This document shows, piece after piece, positions 1-11,566 of a stretch of 64,000 bases of DNA. Numbering within the stretch: position 1 is the first letter of the stretch; each line of letters starts with the position of its first letter. Source of the stretch: Macrostomum lignano (lineage: Eukaryota); contig NIVC01000517.1 of NCBI GenBank assembly GCA_002269645.1, forward strand, positions 89,043-153,042, read 5' to 3'. Under the pieces are notes generated by a model. The model saw only the letters and a program-made list of their open reading frames with translations, made no database searches and was not told where the DNA came from. A program made the position numbers and the translations under genes.

Positions 1-3000
1 GCAATAGAGCAGGTTATAATACACGTGCAGATTGGCGTCAACCGCTCGGGCTCGCATCTCCAATACGGAGACCAGAGCGTTGCCTAGCTGGCCGAAATTC
101 AACTGCAACAGTGCGCCCAGCTGATCCCGATCGCTCAGCGTCACAACCAGATGCCGGATGCAGTCCAGCTGCACAGACGGGTCAGCCAGCTGTAGCATAG
201 CGTCCAGGGCGCACTGATAGCGGCCCAGCTCTAACTCGTGCTTGAACACAGTGGCTAGCAATGGCAATTGGTAGCGGCTATTGTCAACAGTTGATTCCAG
301 CACCCGGGACAGGCCTAGCCTGGCTAGCTCAACTATCTGCTCCGAGCAGCGCAACGGTTCAAGGACGCGCACCAGGTGCACGTATAGGCTGGCCCGGACA
401 GAGTCCGACTGTGAGCGATGGCTCTGCTGCTGCTGCTGCGTACTGGGGCTGTCCAGTCCGGTTAGCTGAAGAAAGCTTGGATGGTACAGCGGCGGCGGCT
501 GGCCGGCGCAAGAGGCTGCGCATTCGACTGTCTGCGGCGGGTGTTAAGAAAGGGGTTCTGGCTATGAAGGTTCGGGCCTTGAAGATTCAGGCTATGAAGA
601 TTCAGGCTATGAAGGCTCAGGTTATGAAGATTTAGGTTATGAAGGTTCAGGCTATGAAGGCTCAGGTTATGAAGATTCAGGCTATGAAGATTCAGGCTAT
701 GAAGGCTCAGGTTATGAAGATTTAGGTTATGAAGGTTCAGGCTATGAAGGTTCGGGTTATGAAGGCTCAGGTTATGAAGGTTCAGGCTATGAAGGTTCAG
801 GCTATGAAGATTCAGGCCATGAAGATCCAGGCCATGAAGATCCAGGCCATGAAGATCCAGGCTATGAAGATTCAGGCTATGAAGATCCAGGCCATGAAGA
901 TCCAGGCTATGAAGATTCAGGCTATCAAGGTTCAGGTTCTGAAGATTTAGGCTATGAAGATTCAGGCAATGAAGATTCAGGCTATGAAGATTCAGGTTAT
1001 CAAGAATCTGGTTATGAAGATTCAGGTTATGAAGGTTCTGGTTATGAAGATTCAGGTTATCAAGATTCAGGCTATGAAGGTTCAGGTTATGAAGATTCAG
1101 GTTATGAAGGTTCTGGTTATGAAGATTCAGGTTATCAAGATTCAGGCTATGAAGGTTCAGGTTATGAAGATTCAGGTTACGAAGATTCAGATTATTAAGG
1201 TTCAGGCTATCAAGATTCAGGCCATGAACATTCGGGCTATGAAGATTCAGGTTATCAAGGTTCAGGCCATGAAGGTTCGGGCTATGAAGATTCAGGTTAT
1301 CAAGGTTCAGGCCGCAATGAGCGACAGGGTTAGAAGGCCCAAAGGTCATTAATGAAAGTAGTACGTAAAATTTTAACCATTTAAAATTTCTAAAAAAACT
1401 TTTTACGAATAACGAAAATACATTAAGATCTAAAGTACTCTTCTCTCACCTGAGCCAGACAATCTACAGCCTCAGCTTTGGCTTCAGCTTCGGATCTATC
1501 AGACAAGCCGGGCTGATTTAGCAAAGCTAAGCCGCGCAGTGCGTACAGCAGAGCCGGGTCTGAGCGCACCCAGCCCAGACACATGCCAGTGTAGGAGTAC
1601 AGGTGTTCCAGCTGGCCAGACCACAGTAGAAATAGCGGAAACGATAGGCCGCCGCGCTCTGGGGATCTGAAATACATTCAAGCATTATTCAGTATTACTT
1701 ATCTCGAGATGAAAAATGCGATACATGTAGGAGCGATTTGATTGGTCGAGGGACAGGGAGTGATTTTGTTAGCAGAGGAGGGGAAAGGGACAGGGAGCAA
1801 TCTGATTGGTTGAGGGTTAGAGAGGGACAGGGAGCAACCTGATTGGCTGAGGGGTAGAGAGGGACAGGGAGCGATCCGCTTGGTTAAGGGGTAGAGAGGA
1901 ACGAGGAGCAATCTGATTGGCTAAGGTGTAGAGGGGGACAGGGGTGATCTTATTGACTGAGGGGTAGAGAGGGACAGGGAGCGATCCGCTTGGCTAAGGG
2001 GTAGAGAGGAACAAGCAGCAATCTGATTGGCTGAGTAGAGAGGGACAGGGAGTGATCTGATTCGTTGAAAGGGATAGAAAGCGATCTGATAAAGATAACA
2101 AAGAGATGACTCACAGCAGATGCTGCACAACAGACACAGAGGTCGGCAGCAGATCCCGACCAAAATTGCCGCACACGGTGCATCCATCCTCGTCGTTAGC
2201 TTCGTTGACTTCGTCTCGCATTCCGCTACTACTAGAAGAAGAAACAAGCAGTACACGCAGCAGAGAGCCGCTGCCGCCAAACACGTGCCAAGCTGGCAAG
2301 GCGGGACAATCAGCCGAGCCAAGAGAGGCTAATCCAGCCGAGTCTAAATCGGCTAGATAAGGCTTAGCCAATAGCAGGGCCAGTTGAGCGCGCAGCGATT
2401 CAATCAGGCGAGTTGGAGCCGGCGAATAAACCAAAGCGCCGCACCAGCGAAGCAGAGCCATAGAGCAAAGTAGATCCACAGATCTGGCCTTTAATTCGTC
2501 ATTTAGTCCAACGAATCTATTTGGTAATTCGGAGAATAACAACAGGCAGGCTACTAGCAGGCGAAGTCGGGAATCCACCGACTGGGCCAGACCGTTGGCT
2601 AGCAGCTCCCCAGCTGGCCAGGCCCCTAGCAACTGGCGCTGCAGATGATGCCGATGCTGCTGACTGCCAACAGCAGCTAACGCGGACTGTTGGCCTAGCA
2701 ATGTTAAATCGACATCGTCTAGAAAGTCGATAGATTCCAATGCGGTTAGCAGAGTAGCGAAAGCGCTAACAGGTTCAGCAATGGATTGCAGTGGTCCGCC
2801 ATCGTTCAGTGAGTGACAGGCTCGCCTGACTAGGGGACTCTGGCAGGCTCGGCTGGCAACCAGCGGAGCATCCTGACAGGCATTGCTCAGTGCTAGTTGG
2901 AGCAGTTCGCCTAGCAACAGGTCCACTAGGCCGGGCTCCAGGCTGGCCAGGAGCTGCTGGCAGCTGCTCACAGCGGCTAGGAAGTCGCGAGTGCCCTGCG

Positions 3001-6000
3001 GAAAATTGGGAGGGATCGATGTTGCAGAATGGGAATTCTCTACGCTATAGGAGAAAGGGAATTCTATGGTATATGTAAAGGAATTATTCTACGGTATATG
3101 GGGAAGCCAGTTTTACCGTAGAAGGGAATTCTACGGTAGAAGGGAAGGGAATTCTACTGTAGAGGAAAAGGGGAATTCTACGAATTCTACGCTATGGAGG
3201 TGGTGGGAATACATGTAGAATTAAGTAATTCGGTAGTACGAGCTCGTAAGCGTACCTGAGCATCCTCCAGAGTTGGCAGTTCAGTCAGAGCCTCCGGTCC
3301 GAGGCCGTCAGCCTCAGTCAGCAGGTGGCACAGCTCGGCAGTGTCGGCCGGCCGCATCAGGCCCAAGAATCGACGCCTGATCAGTCCTACAAAACCGGAG
3401 CGTCGCCAGTCGGCCACAATGCCGCAGACGGCGGTGTCAACGGAGTGCAGCTGCAACAGCTGCTCGTAGAATCGGTCAACATGACAGGCCCGACGTTCGT
3501 CTAATCTGTCGGCGTCGGCGTCGTCGAATAGCGACACATCGACAGCGGCGGCGAGTTCATCTTGAGCCAGAGTGTCCACGGCGTCTAACAGTAGGGAGCG
3601 CATGAACTCAAGCGAGCAGACGGCCGAGCTAGCAGCATCCATGGCTTCATCGCCAGCAGTCGCCGCGGTCTCCAACTGGTCCAGATGAGCGCCGAGCGAA
3701 TTCTCGTCTAAGAATAGTCGCAGGGCTCGTTTCACAGATTCGGGCGCGAACTCGCGACCGCCGAATGCGCGCGCAAATCTACTGGCATGGTCGCGGGCGG
3801 CTAGGGGAGAGAAATCCGAGTCAAGCAGTTGGCAGCGGATCTGGCGGCTGGGCGCGCCGGTCAGGGACACGCCGTAGAGGCTGTAGGAGCCGCCTGGGTC
3901 GGCGTAAAGAGCCCAGGCCGTGTCTGGCTCAACTGCCAGATCGATTAGGTCACGTGACGGCGACAGGACCACGTGGCTGACGCGCAACTGGCAGAGGGAT
4001 AAATTCAAATTCGAAAGGTAAGTGGCAGATTCGAGATTTTCTACGAAATAATGGCAGATTCGCGATGGTGGTTAAAGTCAGAATGGCAGATTCGCCATGG
4101 TGATTAAAGTCAGAATGGCAGATTCGCCATGGTGATCAAAGTGAGAATGGCAGATTCGCCATGGTGATTAAAGTGAGAATGGCAGATTCGCCATGGTGAT
4201 TAAAGTGAGAATGGCAGATTCACCATGGTGATTAAAGTGAGAATGGCAGATTCGCCATGGTGATTAAAGTGAGAATGGCAGATTCACCATGGTGATTAAA
4301 GTGAGAATGGCAGATTCGCCATGGTGATTAAAGTGAGAATGGCAGATTCGCCATGGTGATTAAAGTGAGAATGGCAGATTCGCCATGGTGATTAAAGTGA
4401 GAATGGCAGATTCGCCATGCTGATCAAAGGGACTGTGGCGACTCGATAGTCGATACAACTACCAGCTGCTCACCTGTAACCGCCTATCAGCGGACGCGTG
4501 ACCTTCCAGCGCCAGAAAGCACGGACTATCGGTGAAGTTGGCGTACAGACAGCCAATAGGAGCTCCGCTACCGCCAACGCTAGGCCGAACCAAGCGAAGC
4601 TGATGGCCTCGATTCCGCAGATGACCGGAAGCGGCCGGATCCGGTAGGCTAGCTAATAAATCAAGCGACCGGTAGCATTCTCGCCTGTCAATATCCCACA
4701 GGCGCAGCTTGTGATCGCGAGTGGCGGTTAGCAGAATCACGGGCTGATGCTGCTGGCTGGAAACCACTTGTTGACTATGATGATGCGGCTGAGAGAGGCT
4801 GGGGCCGCCAAATGACAGCGAGGCACCCCGATCGTCTGTCCAGAATGCCAGGCTAGTCGGTGCGTCGTCTGCTGAGGATTCGCCTGAATGGAAAATCGTT
4901 TTAACTAATTATTTATCTACCTGAAAATTAGTACTTAATTTATCTTTTAGGGAGGAACCTGAACCCTAGCCTAAATACTGGGAGGAACCTGAACCCGAGC
5001 CTAAATACTGGGAGGAACCTGAACCCGAGCCTGAATACTGGGAGGAACCTGAACCCTAGCCTAAATACTGGGAGGAACCTGAACCCAAGCCTGAATACTG
5101 GGAGGAACCTGAACCCGAGCCTAAATACTGGGAGGAACCTGAACCCGAGCCTAAATACTGGGAGGAACCTGAACCCGAGCCTGAATACTGGGAGGAACCT
5201 GAACCCGAGCCTGAATACTGGGAGGAACCTGAACCCTAGCCTAAATACTGGGAGGAACCTGAACCCAAGCCTAAATACTGGGAGGAACCTGAACCCAAGC
5301 CTGAATACTGGGAGGAACCTGAACCCAAGCCTGAATACTGGGAGGAACCTGAACCCTAGCCTGAATACTGGGAGGAACCTGAACCCTAGCCTAAATACTG
5401 GGAGGAACCTGAACCCTAGCCTGAATATCGGGAGGAACCTGAATATCGGGAAGAACCTGAATATCGGGAGGAACCTGAATATCGGGAGGAACCTTAATAT
5501 CGGGAGGAACCTTAATATCGGGAGGAACCCACTCTTTAAACCAACTAACCTGCACCACCATCGCCGCCAACGCTGGACACGCCGCCACCGCCGCCGCGGC
5601 CGCCACCGCCAGCGCCGCCGCCGGAGATCCAGCCGCCCAGCAGGCGGTCGAACAGCGAGCTCTGGCGCAGCTCAACAGTGGCTTGAACTGCCCGCTGCTG
5701 CAGTTGCTGACCGGGCGGCGGCATTCGCAGCAGTTGCACGTCACCGCCGCTGAGGCCGTAGGCTGCATAGGCCGAGCAATCCACCGGATTAAACCAGGCG
5801 GTGGCGCAGCGAACGTGGCCGCGAAATGGGGCGCCGCGGGGCTGACACACCTGCGCGAGCGGGCGAATTATTTGATGGCGTGAAAGCTGAGGAATTACCA
5901 ATGCGTGAAGGGACTATGAATATTTGGGGGCTGTGAATGTTCTAGATTGTGAATGCTATGGATTGTGAATGTGGATGTTTTAGACTGTGAATGCTGTGGG

Positions 6001-9000
6001 GCGCTGAATACTGTGAATACTGAATGGTGAATACTGGGGATCGTGAATACTGGGGATCGTGAATACTGGGGATCGTGAATACTGGGGATCGTGAATACTG
6101 GGGATCGTGAATACTGGGGATCGTGAATACTGGGGATCGTGAATACTGGGGATCGTGAATACTGGAGATTGCGAATACTGGGGATTGTGGATTCCGAGGA
6201 CTGTGGATTCCGAGGACTGTGAATACTGGGGATGGTGAATATTGGGGACTGTGAATACTGCGGACTATGAATACTGGGGATGGTGAATACTGGGATGGTG
6301 AATATTGGGGACTGTGAATACTAGGGACTGTGAATACTGGGGACTGTGAATACTGGGGACTGTGAATACTGGGGACTGTGAATACTGGGGACTGTGAATA
6401 CTGGGGATGGTGAATACTGGGGATGGTGAATACTGGGGACTGTGAATACTGGAGATCATGAAAAACGATGGTTACGAATGTCGAACGTTGCGAATGAATG
6501 TGAATGATAATGGATTGTTCTGAAATTAATAGCAGCTAAAACTGTGAATTCAGAGTGATTATGATAGCAGACACCTGTTGGCATTACCTGATACGCGGTG
6601 CTATTAACGCTATGCAGCACACTGTATGGTAAATCGCCGCCACCAGAACTGGCTGCCTCCTTCAGCTGGGCCGGGTGATGCAGCAGGAATCGAACCAGGC
6701 CGCCAGTGGTGCACACCAGCATGTACACATCTGTGCTCAGTTCGGCAATGTACACGTGCAGTACAGGGGTGTCGCTGAACACTAGTTTGACGCGGGAACT
6801 GCGCAGCGGGGTGTCGAAGCACTCTTCGACTAGTTCCAGGGTGCACTGGTGACTGCGCCTGCGGCGGAAACAGGGTGATTGAGGCAGGTAAAATCGGTTT
6901 ACACAGGAGACTAGAGGCAGCGAATGAGGATGAAGCACTTAAGGATGAGAAGGCGGAACTGAAGGAAGAAGAGGCGGAGGAACTGAAGGATGAGGGTGAG
7001 AAACTGAAGGATGAGGGTGAGGAACTGAAGGATGAGGATGAGGAACTGAAGGATGAGGGTGAGAAACTGAAGGATGAGGGTGAGGAACTGAAGGATGAGG
7101 GTGAGGAACTGAAGGATGAGGGTGAGGAACTGAAGGATGAGGATGAGGAACTGAAGGATGAGGGTGAGAAACTGAAGGATGAGGGTGAGGAACTGAAGGA
7201 TGAGGAGGCTGAGGAACTGAAGGATGAGGGTGAGGAACTGAAGGATGAGGGTGAGGAACTGAAGGATGAGGGTGAGAAACTGAAGGATGAGGAGACTGAG
7301 GAACTGAAGGATGAGGGTGAGGAACTGAAGGATGAGGGTGAGGAACTGAAGGATGAGGAGGCTGAGGAACTGAAGGATGCGGATGAGAAACTGAAGGATG
7401 AGGGTGAGGAACTGAAGGATGAGGGTGAGGAACTGAAGGATGAGGGTGAGGAACTGAAGGATGAGGGTGAGGAACTGAAGGATGAGGGTGAGGAACTGAA
7501 GGATGAGGGTGAGAAACTGAAGGATGAGGAGACAGAGGAACTGAAGGATGAGGGTGAGGAACTGAAGGATGAGGGTGAGAAACTGAAGGATGAGGGTGAG
7601 GAACTGAAGGATGAGGGTGAGGAACTGAAGGATGAGGGTGAGGAACTGAAAGCTGAGGAAGCTGAGAAACTGAAGAATGGAGGATGAGGAACTGAGGAAC
7701 TGATGAAACACTGGAGGAGTTACTAATGTTCATCTCAAACAAAAGTACAATTGAGGCACACATCAGTGCAAGCACTTACCAATAAAGAACCCGATTGCGC
7801 ACTCTGCTAGAGGAAAGTGCATCTGAGCAATTGTAGACATAGCCACCAGAACAATCGGCATATTTAACATCTTGAAGAGTCTTGCCAAGGTCTAGCAGAA
7901 ATAATGTGAAAACCAAAATGATAGTCATGGACATATTAGGCCATACTAGACCAAGGAACTAGCAAATGACACAAAACAAAGGTATAAATTATACTGTACC
8001 AAGTGCTAAACTAATATACTAAGAAAAAATAAACAAGATTAGTAGGCTCATAGCAAATTTATATATATAGGCCTACAAATTTTAAAGTCAAGTGGGCCTA
8101 TTATGCATAATAGTTTAGTACTAATAAGCCTAAGCAAACCAGGGAAGTGGCCAGCATCTGCCACTATTAAAGAAGGCTAGTAGATTGCAAAGGAGGCTTT
8201 TTACCATAGTGCAGAAGGACGGGTGTACGACGGAAATTTCCGTCATACATTGAGGTTGGTTGTCGTACATGTCGTACATCGTTCATTTTTGCAAGGGCTC
8301 TTTGTCGTACATGTCGTACCGTCGTTGGCCACACTGTCACTGTCGTACATCTCTGACTAGAAAGCTATATGCATAGGCATTTAAAAATACAATTTCGTTT
8401 TCATAATTAAATTAAATTTATTCAAAGTGCTTTTTACGAGGCACAAATAAAATATAATCTTGGCATACTTAATAATAATTTTTTATTATGTGGCACCAAA
8501 TTTCACATTTTTATATTCAAGGCCACACAAATATGCATCCGTTGTTTTAATCTTAACCTTGTTTATTTCTTTTTTGAAATGCGTATCGTTACCATTCATC
8601 GGCCGTCGGAAGCAGAAGCCCAAAGACGGCGACAATAATGCCAATTGATAAATTCATTTAATTGAATTTATCATTCATAATTAATATTACTTCAATTACT
8701 TGTAAACTTGTTATTACCACTTACAACTTATTATTACTCTTTGTCTGGGTCGGGAGTATGTGGGTTTCTGCATTGTAGTTTGTCGTACAAAAAAAAATTA
8801 CTTAGTTCACTTGTGTCGTACTGTCGTACAGCAGGCTAAAACTGAAATTTGCCTTCCGTCGTACACAGAAATCCTTCTGCACCATGGGCTTTTTAGAAAC
8901 TAACTGACAAGTAGGCCATCGCCCTCGCAGATCTAGGTAAGAGTTAGAGATTTTGTTACTTTACTTATCTAACAAATATGAGACAAGGAAAGAAGAGAAA

Positions 9001-9920
9001 AAAGGGGAAAGGTTAGTGAGAAGGGAAAAGAATGGCATATTTAAATGCAGAATCTAAAAAACAATAAATTTTAAAATGATCTATGGATTCTACTAACTTG
9101 TAGAATTGATATAAGAATTGAAAAATTATAATTTTTAGAATTGATAACTCTATATTAATTGTAAATAATTCTTTAGAAAATATATATAGCTAAAATATTA
9201 TATATATAAGTATGTAACTATATAACTATATAAAGATACATATATGCCCAATACCTGTTTAACTCATCTGAACCAAATGGATGTAATAGCCTCTGGCCAA
9301 GGTAAGTCGCAAAATCAAAAATGTGAAAAACAAAAAATTGGTGGAAGAAAGAAAGAAGAGGAAGAGAAAAATAAAAGAAAGGAAGAAGAGAAAAAATAAA
9401 GAGGAGAGAGATAAAGAAAGAAAAAAAGAAAAAAAGGCCAAGAAAAGTGATATACATAGTGAAAATTAAGTTGCAAAAGGGGGAACTAAGTTGCAATCAA
9501 GAGGACTGAGTTACAAATCTGGACAAAACTAAGTTGCCCCAGATGGGTGCAATTTTGAGGTTGGGCATATATGTAAATATATAGGCCTATACAGAAATTT
9601 ATAGTAGGCCCCTATAATTCTAGCCTATATTAACACAAACTTCCCAACACAAATTTCATTCTTTTGAAATAGCACCCTTGAGTTTGACACAAAACAAAAG
9701 CTAGTCAAATATGGCCTTTATGAGGCTACTGTAAGTGGCTATGTTGTTTAATGATAAATTTGACAGCAAAAATGTAACTACTAAATACCATACCAAACAG
9801 AGAATCCCAAAACGTACCAAGTGTAATATTCACTACTTTGTAGGCTGCTGACTGAGAATTAAAAGCATTGTTAGGAGAAACTATACTTGTCTCCCTTAAC
9901 AGGTGTTCTTTAGGCAACAT
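1..9920 (-). CDS. Nup160: Nuclear pore complex protein Nup160 (9 exons in window; 3' end runs off base 1)
   Basis: Phase-consistent GT-AG exons: 9818-9920, 7780-7891, 6588-6858, 5550-5850, 4474-4883, 3256-3987, 2115-2995, 1450-1666, <1-531 (~1186 codons). Motifs match Nup160 as I recall it: [20 protein letters not shown]|[69 protein letters not shown]. Confidence 0.93.
558..1312. repeat. 15-bp minisatellite (TGAAGATTCAGGCTA variants) filling a Nup160 intron
   Basis: Tandem units visible directly; lies between exons ending 531 and 1450. Confidence 0.97.
1735..2085. repeat. ~37-bp minisatellite (GAGGGACAGGGAGCAATCTGATTGGCTGAGGGGTAGA) in Nup160 intron
   Basis: Period 37, e.g. CTGATTGG at 1802 and 1839. 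Confidence 0.92.
4060..4428. repeat. 32-bp minisatellite (GAATGGCAGATTCGCCATGGTGATTAAAGTGA) in Nup160 intron
   Basis: About 11 near-identical tandem units. Confidence 0.97.
4949..5529. repeat. 30-bp minisatellite (GGAGGAACCTGAACCCGAGCCTAAATACTG) in Nup160 intron
   Basis: Period 30; units shorten to ~18 bp at the right end. Confidence 0.97.
5990..6452. repeat. 16-bp minisatellite (GTGAATACTGGGGATC/GACT) in Nup160 intron
   Basis: Tandem units visible directly. Confidence 0.96.
6925..7705. repeat. 21-bp minisatellite (GAGGAACTGAAGGATGAGGGT) in Nup160 intron
   Basis: About 35 units with occasional 24-bp variants; source of three spurious ORFs. Confidence 0.97.
8204..8887. mobile_element. Non-autonomous TIR transposon (MITE; 8-bp TSD, hAT/P-like) in Nup160 intron 1
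   Basis: TIR CCAT(A/G)GTGCAGAAGGA at both ends. TSD GCTTTTTA at 8196-8203 and 8888-8895. Many subterminal GTCGTAC motifs. No transposase ORF. Confidence 0.88.
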
Positions 9921-10726
9921 GTTGGTACTCGGGTCAACCTGGTCAATTGGTCAAGTAGTTAGTCCAGTTAGAGACAGCCAGCAAAAGACACAAGATTTAC
10001 TACTGAAATATTATTGTCGATGCTACGCGCTCGAAGTTGAAAAATATTTTAATTAAGGTTGAGATAAGCGCTAAATATTGAAATGTTTGTATGCATACAG
10101 AAAAACGTGCACTCAAATCACAAACTTTCAGAATTATCCAACATGTGCCAAAGTCAAACTTGAACTGCTTTTTGCGGACAAACTTAAACAAGTAAGCTCT
10201 AATTTCACGTTATTTCTGTAATTACTTAAAAACCACGGTTTTTATACACTTGAAGGGTATTTGAAGGGTCGATAGATAGATAGAATGATTTTTGGGACTT
10301 TCGGAGTGGTCGAAATCCGGAAGTCGAATTTACGGAAACTTTTTTGGGTGTCCTTTACCTACTACAGTACTTACTTTTCCCGGCAATTTCATCGGCTAGG
10401 TGTAAATAGCTAGTATGGTATAGGCAGACTAGAACGCTAAATTCTTCTTATGCAAGAGTAGGTTGTTTTCATTTTTAGCGTGCCACTCCGAGATGAAAGT
10501 ATTTATTTATCAAATTAGTTATTAAAGTTTTGCAATCAAGCAAATAGATATTTAATTGAACGTGCGTCTCTAAACCACCGTGCAGCAGATTGCCTTTGCT
10601 AATCTCAACACGGTGTTATACAGGTAAAGCGTATATAAAAAGGCTATTGTGTGCCCAGCAAGCACCATAGAAGTATAAGCAAATCGCAAGAAAAGAGAAA
10701 GATCAGTGTTTGTCTAAAAAAGAATT

Positions 10727-11032
10727 ATGCTCGCATCCAAATTGACCTGCGTGATACTACTACTGCTGCTAGTAGTGCTATTTGAATTTTCACAGCCAGC
10801 CGTTTCGTGTGAGTGCAAATATATCGCTGCAAAATTCGGCTGTGTGATAACGCGAGCTGCCAAGCCCAACTCAACTTGCAAGTGCATCTACGAGAGCGGC
10901 GGCAAGTGCCAGGGTATGGTTCGCGAGTGCGCGGATCCAAATCACGAGAAATGCAAGCTGCCAGACACCGGGTTTCAGTCTTGCTCATTAGGCAAAGGCG
11001 ACTGCGTTGGATACGGCAGTAGGCAGAGTTAG
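10727..11032 (+). CDS. Small secreted 10-cysteine protein (101 aa), single exon
   Basis: Hydrophobic signal peptide (CVILLLLLVVLFEFSQPAVS), then CEC..GC..CKC..C..C..C..C..GDC. TATA-like TATATAAAA at ~10633 and AATAAA at ~11210. Confidence 0.82.
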   Translation: MLASKLTCVILLLLLVVLFEFSQPAVSCECKYIAAKFGCVITRAAKPNSTCKCIYESGGKCQGMVRECADPNHEKCKLPDTGFQSCSLGKGDCVGYGSRQS

Positions 11033-11566
11033 AAAATGCAGATTTTCTATAGCAAGAAAGCGCAATTTACCCGTTGTTATCATTTTGTTTTCTTTCTTAA
11101 AGCCAAAAACTATTTCAATGTGTTTTTTGGACATACATGTACATGATGTATTATCTTTGATCAGTCTGTACTTCCTTTTGTAACTAAAATTTTATGCATA
11201 TGTATACACAATAAAGAATTTACAGCAGCATTACATTAAAACGGGCAATCGAAATTTTATAGCCCTTCTGTTTAATGAAACGTTCAATACAGCGTGCCTG
11301 AGTAATAATAGCTATAGTTATTAGAAAATTGCTCAAAGTAACAACTAGTACTAGTTAGAAATACGAGAAATACGATAAATATGAATTAAATGGTAGCTAC
11401 ATTTATAGCGTTAACATGCGACAACAGAAACATGAATTTTTTTATTTGATATTGGGGGATAGTAACGTTCCATTGTTAAAGTTCATGTATAGTGGGACTA
11501 TAGCCAGAAATTGCCCCCATTGGGGGGTTTGAATTTGTCTGATATACATGTAGCTAGTTGAATTCT

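Noticed and set aside
462-1349. 295-aa NLH pentapeptide-repeat-like ORF, plus the MKIQA ORFs on +
   Set aside because: Translation of the 15-bp intronic minisatellite; Nup160 splices cleanly across it (1450 to 531).
6875-7775. Acidic coiled-coil, LQFLT and PHPHPSV ORFs
   Set aside because: All three are frames of the 21-bp intronic array; open only because the unit is a multiple of 3 without stops.
9218-9496. Phe/Leu-rich ORFs upstream in Nup160 intron 1
   Set aside because: Low-complexity purine tract on +; no in-phase splice into Nup160.
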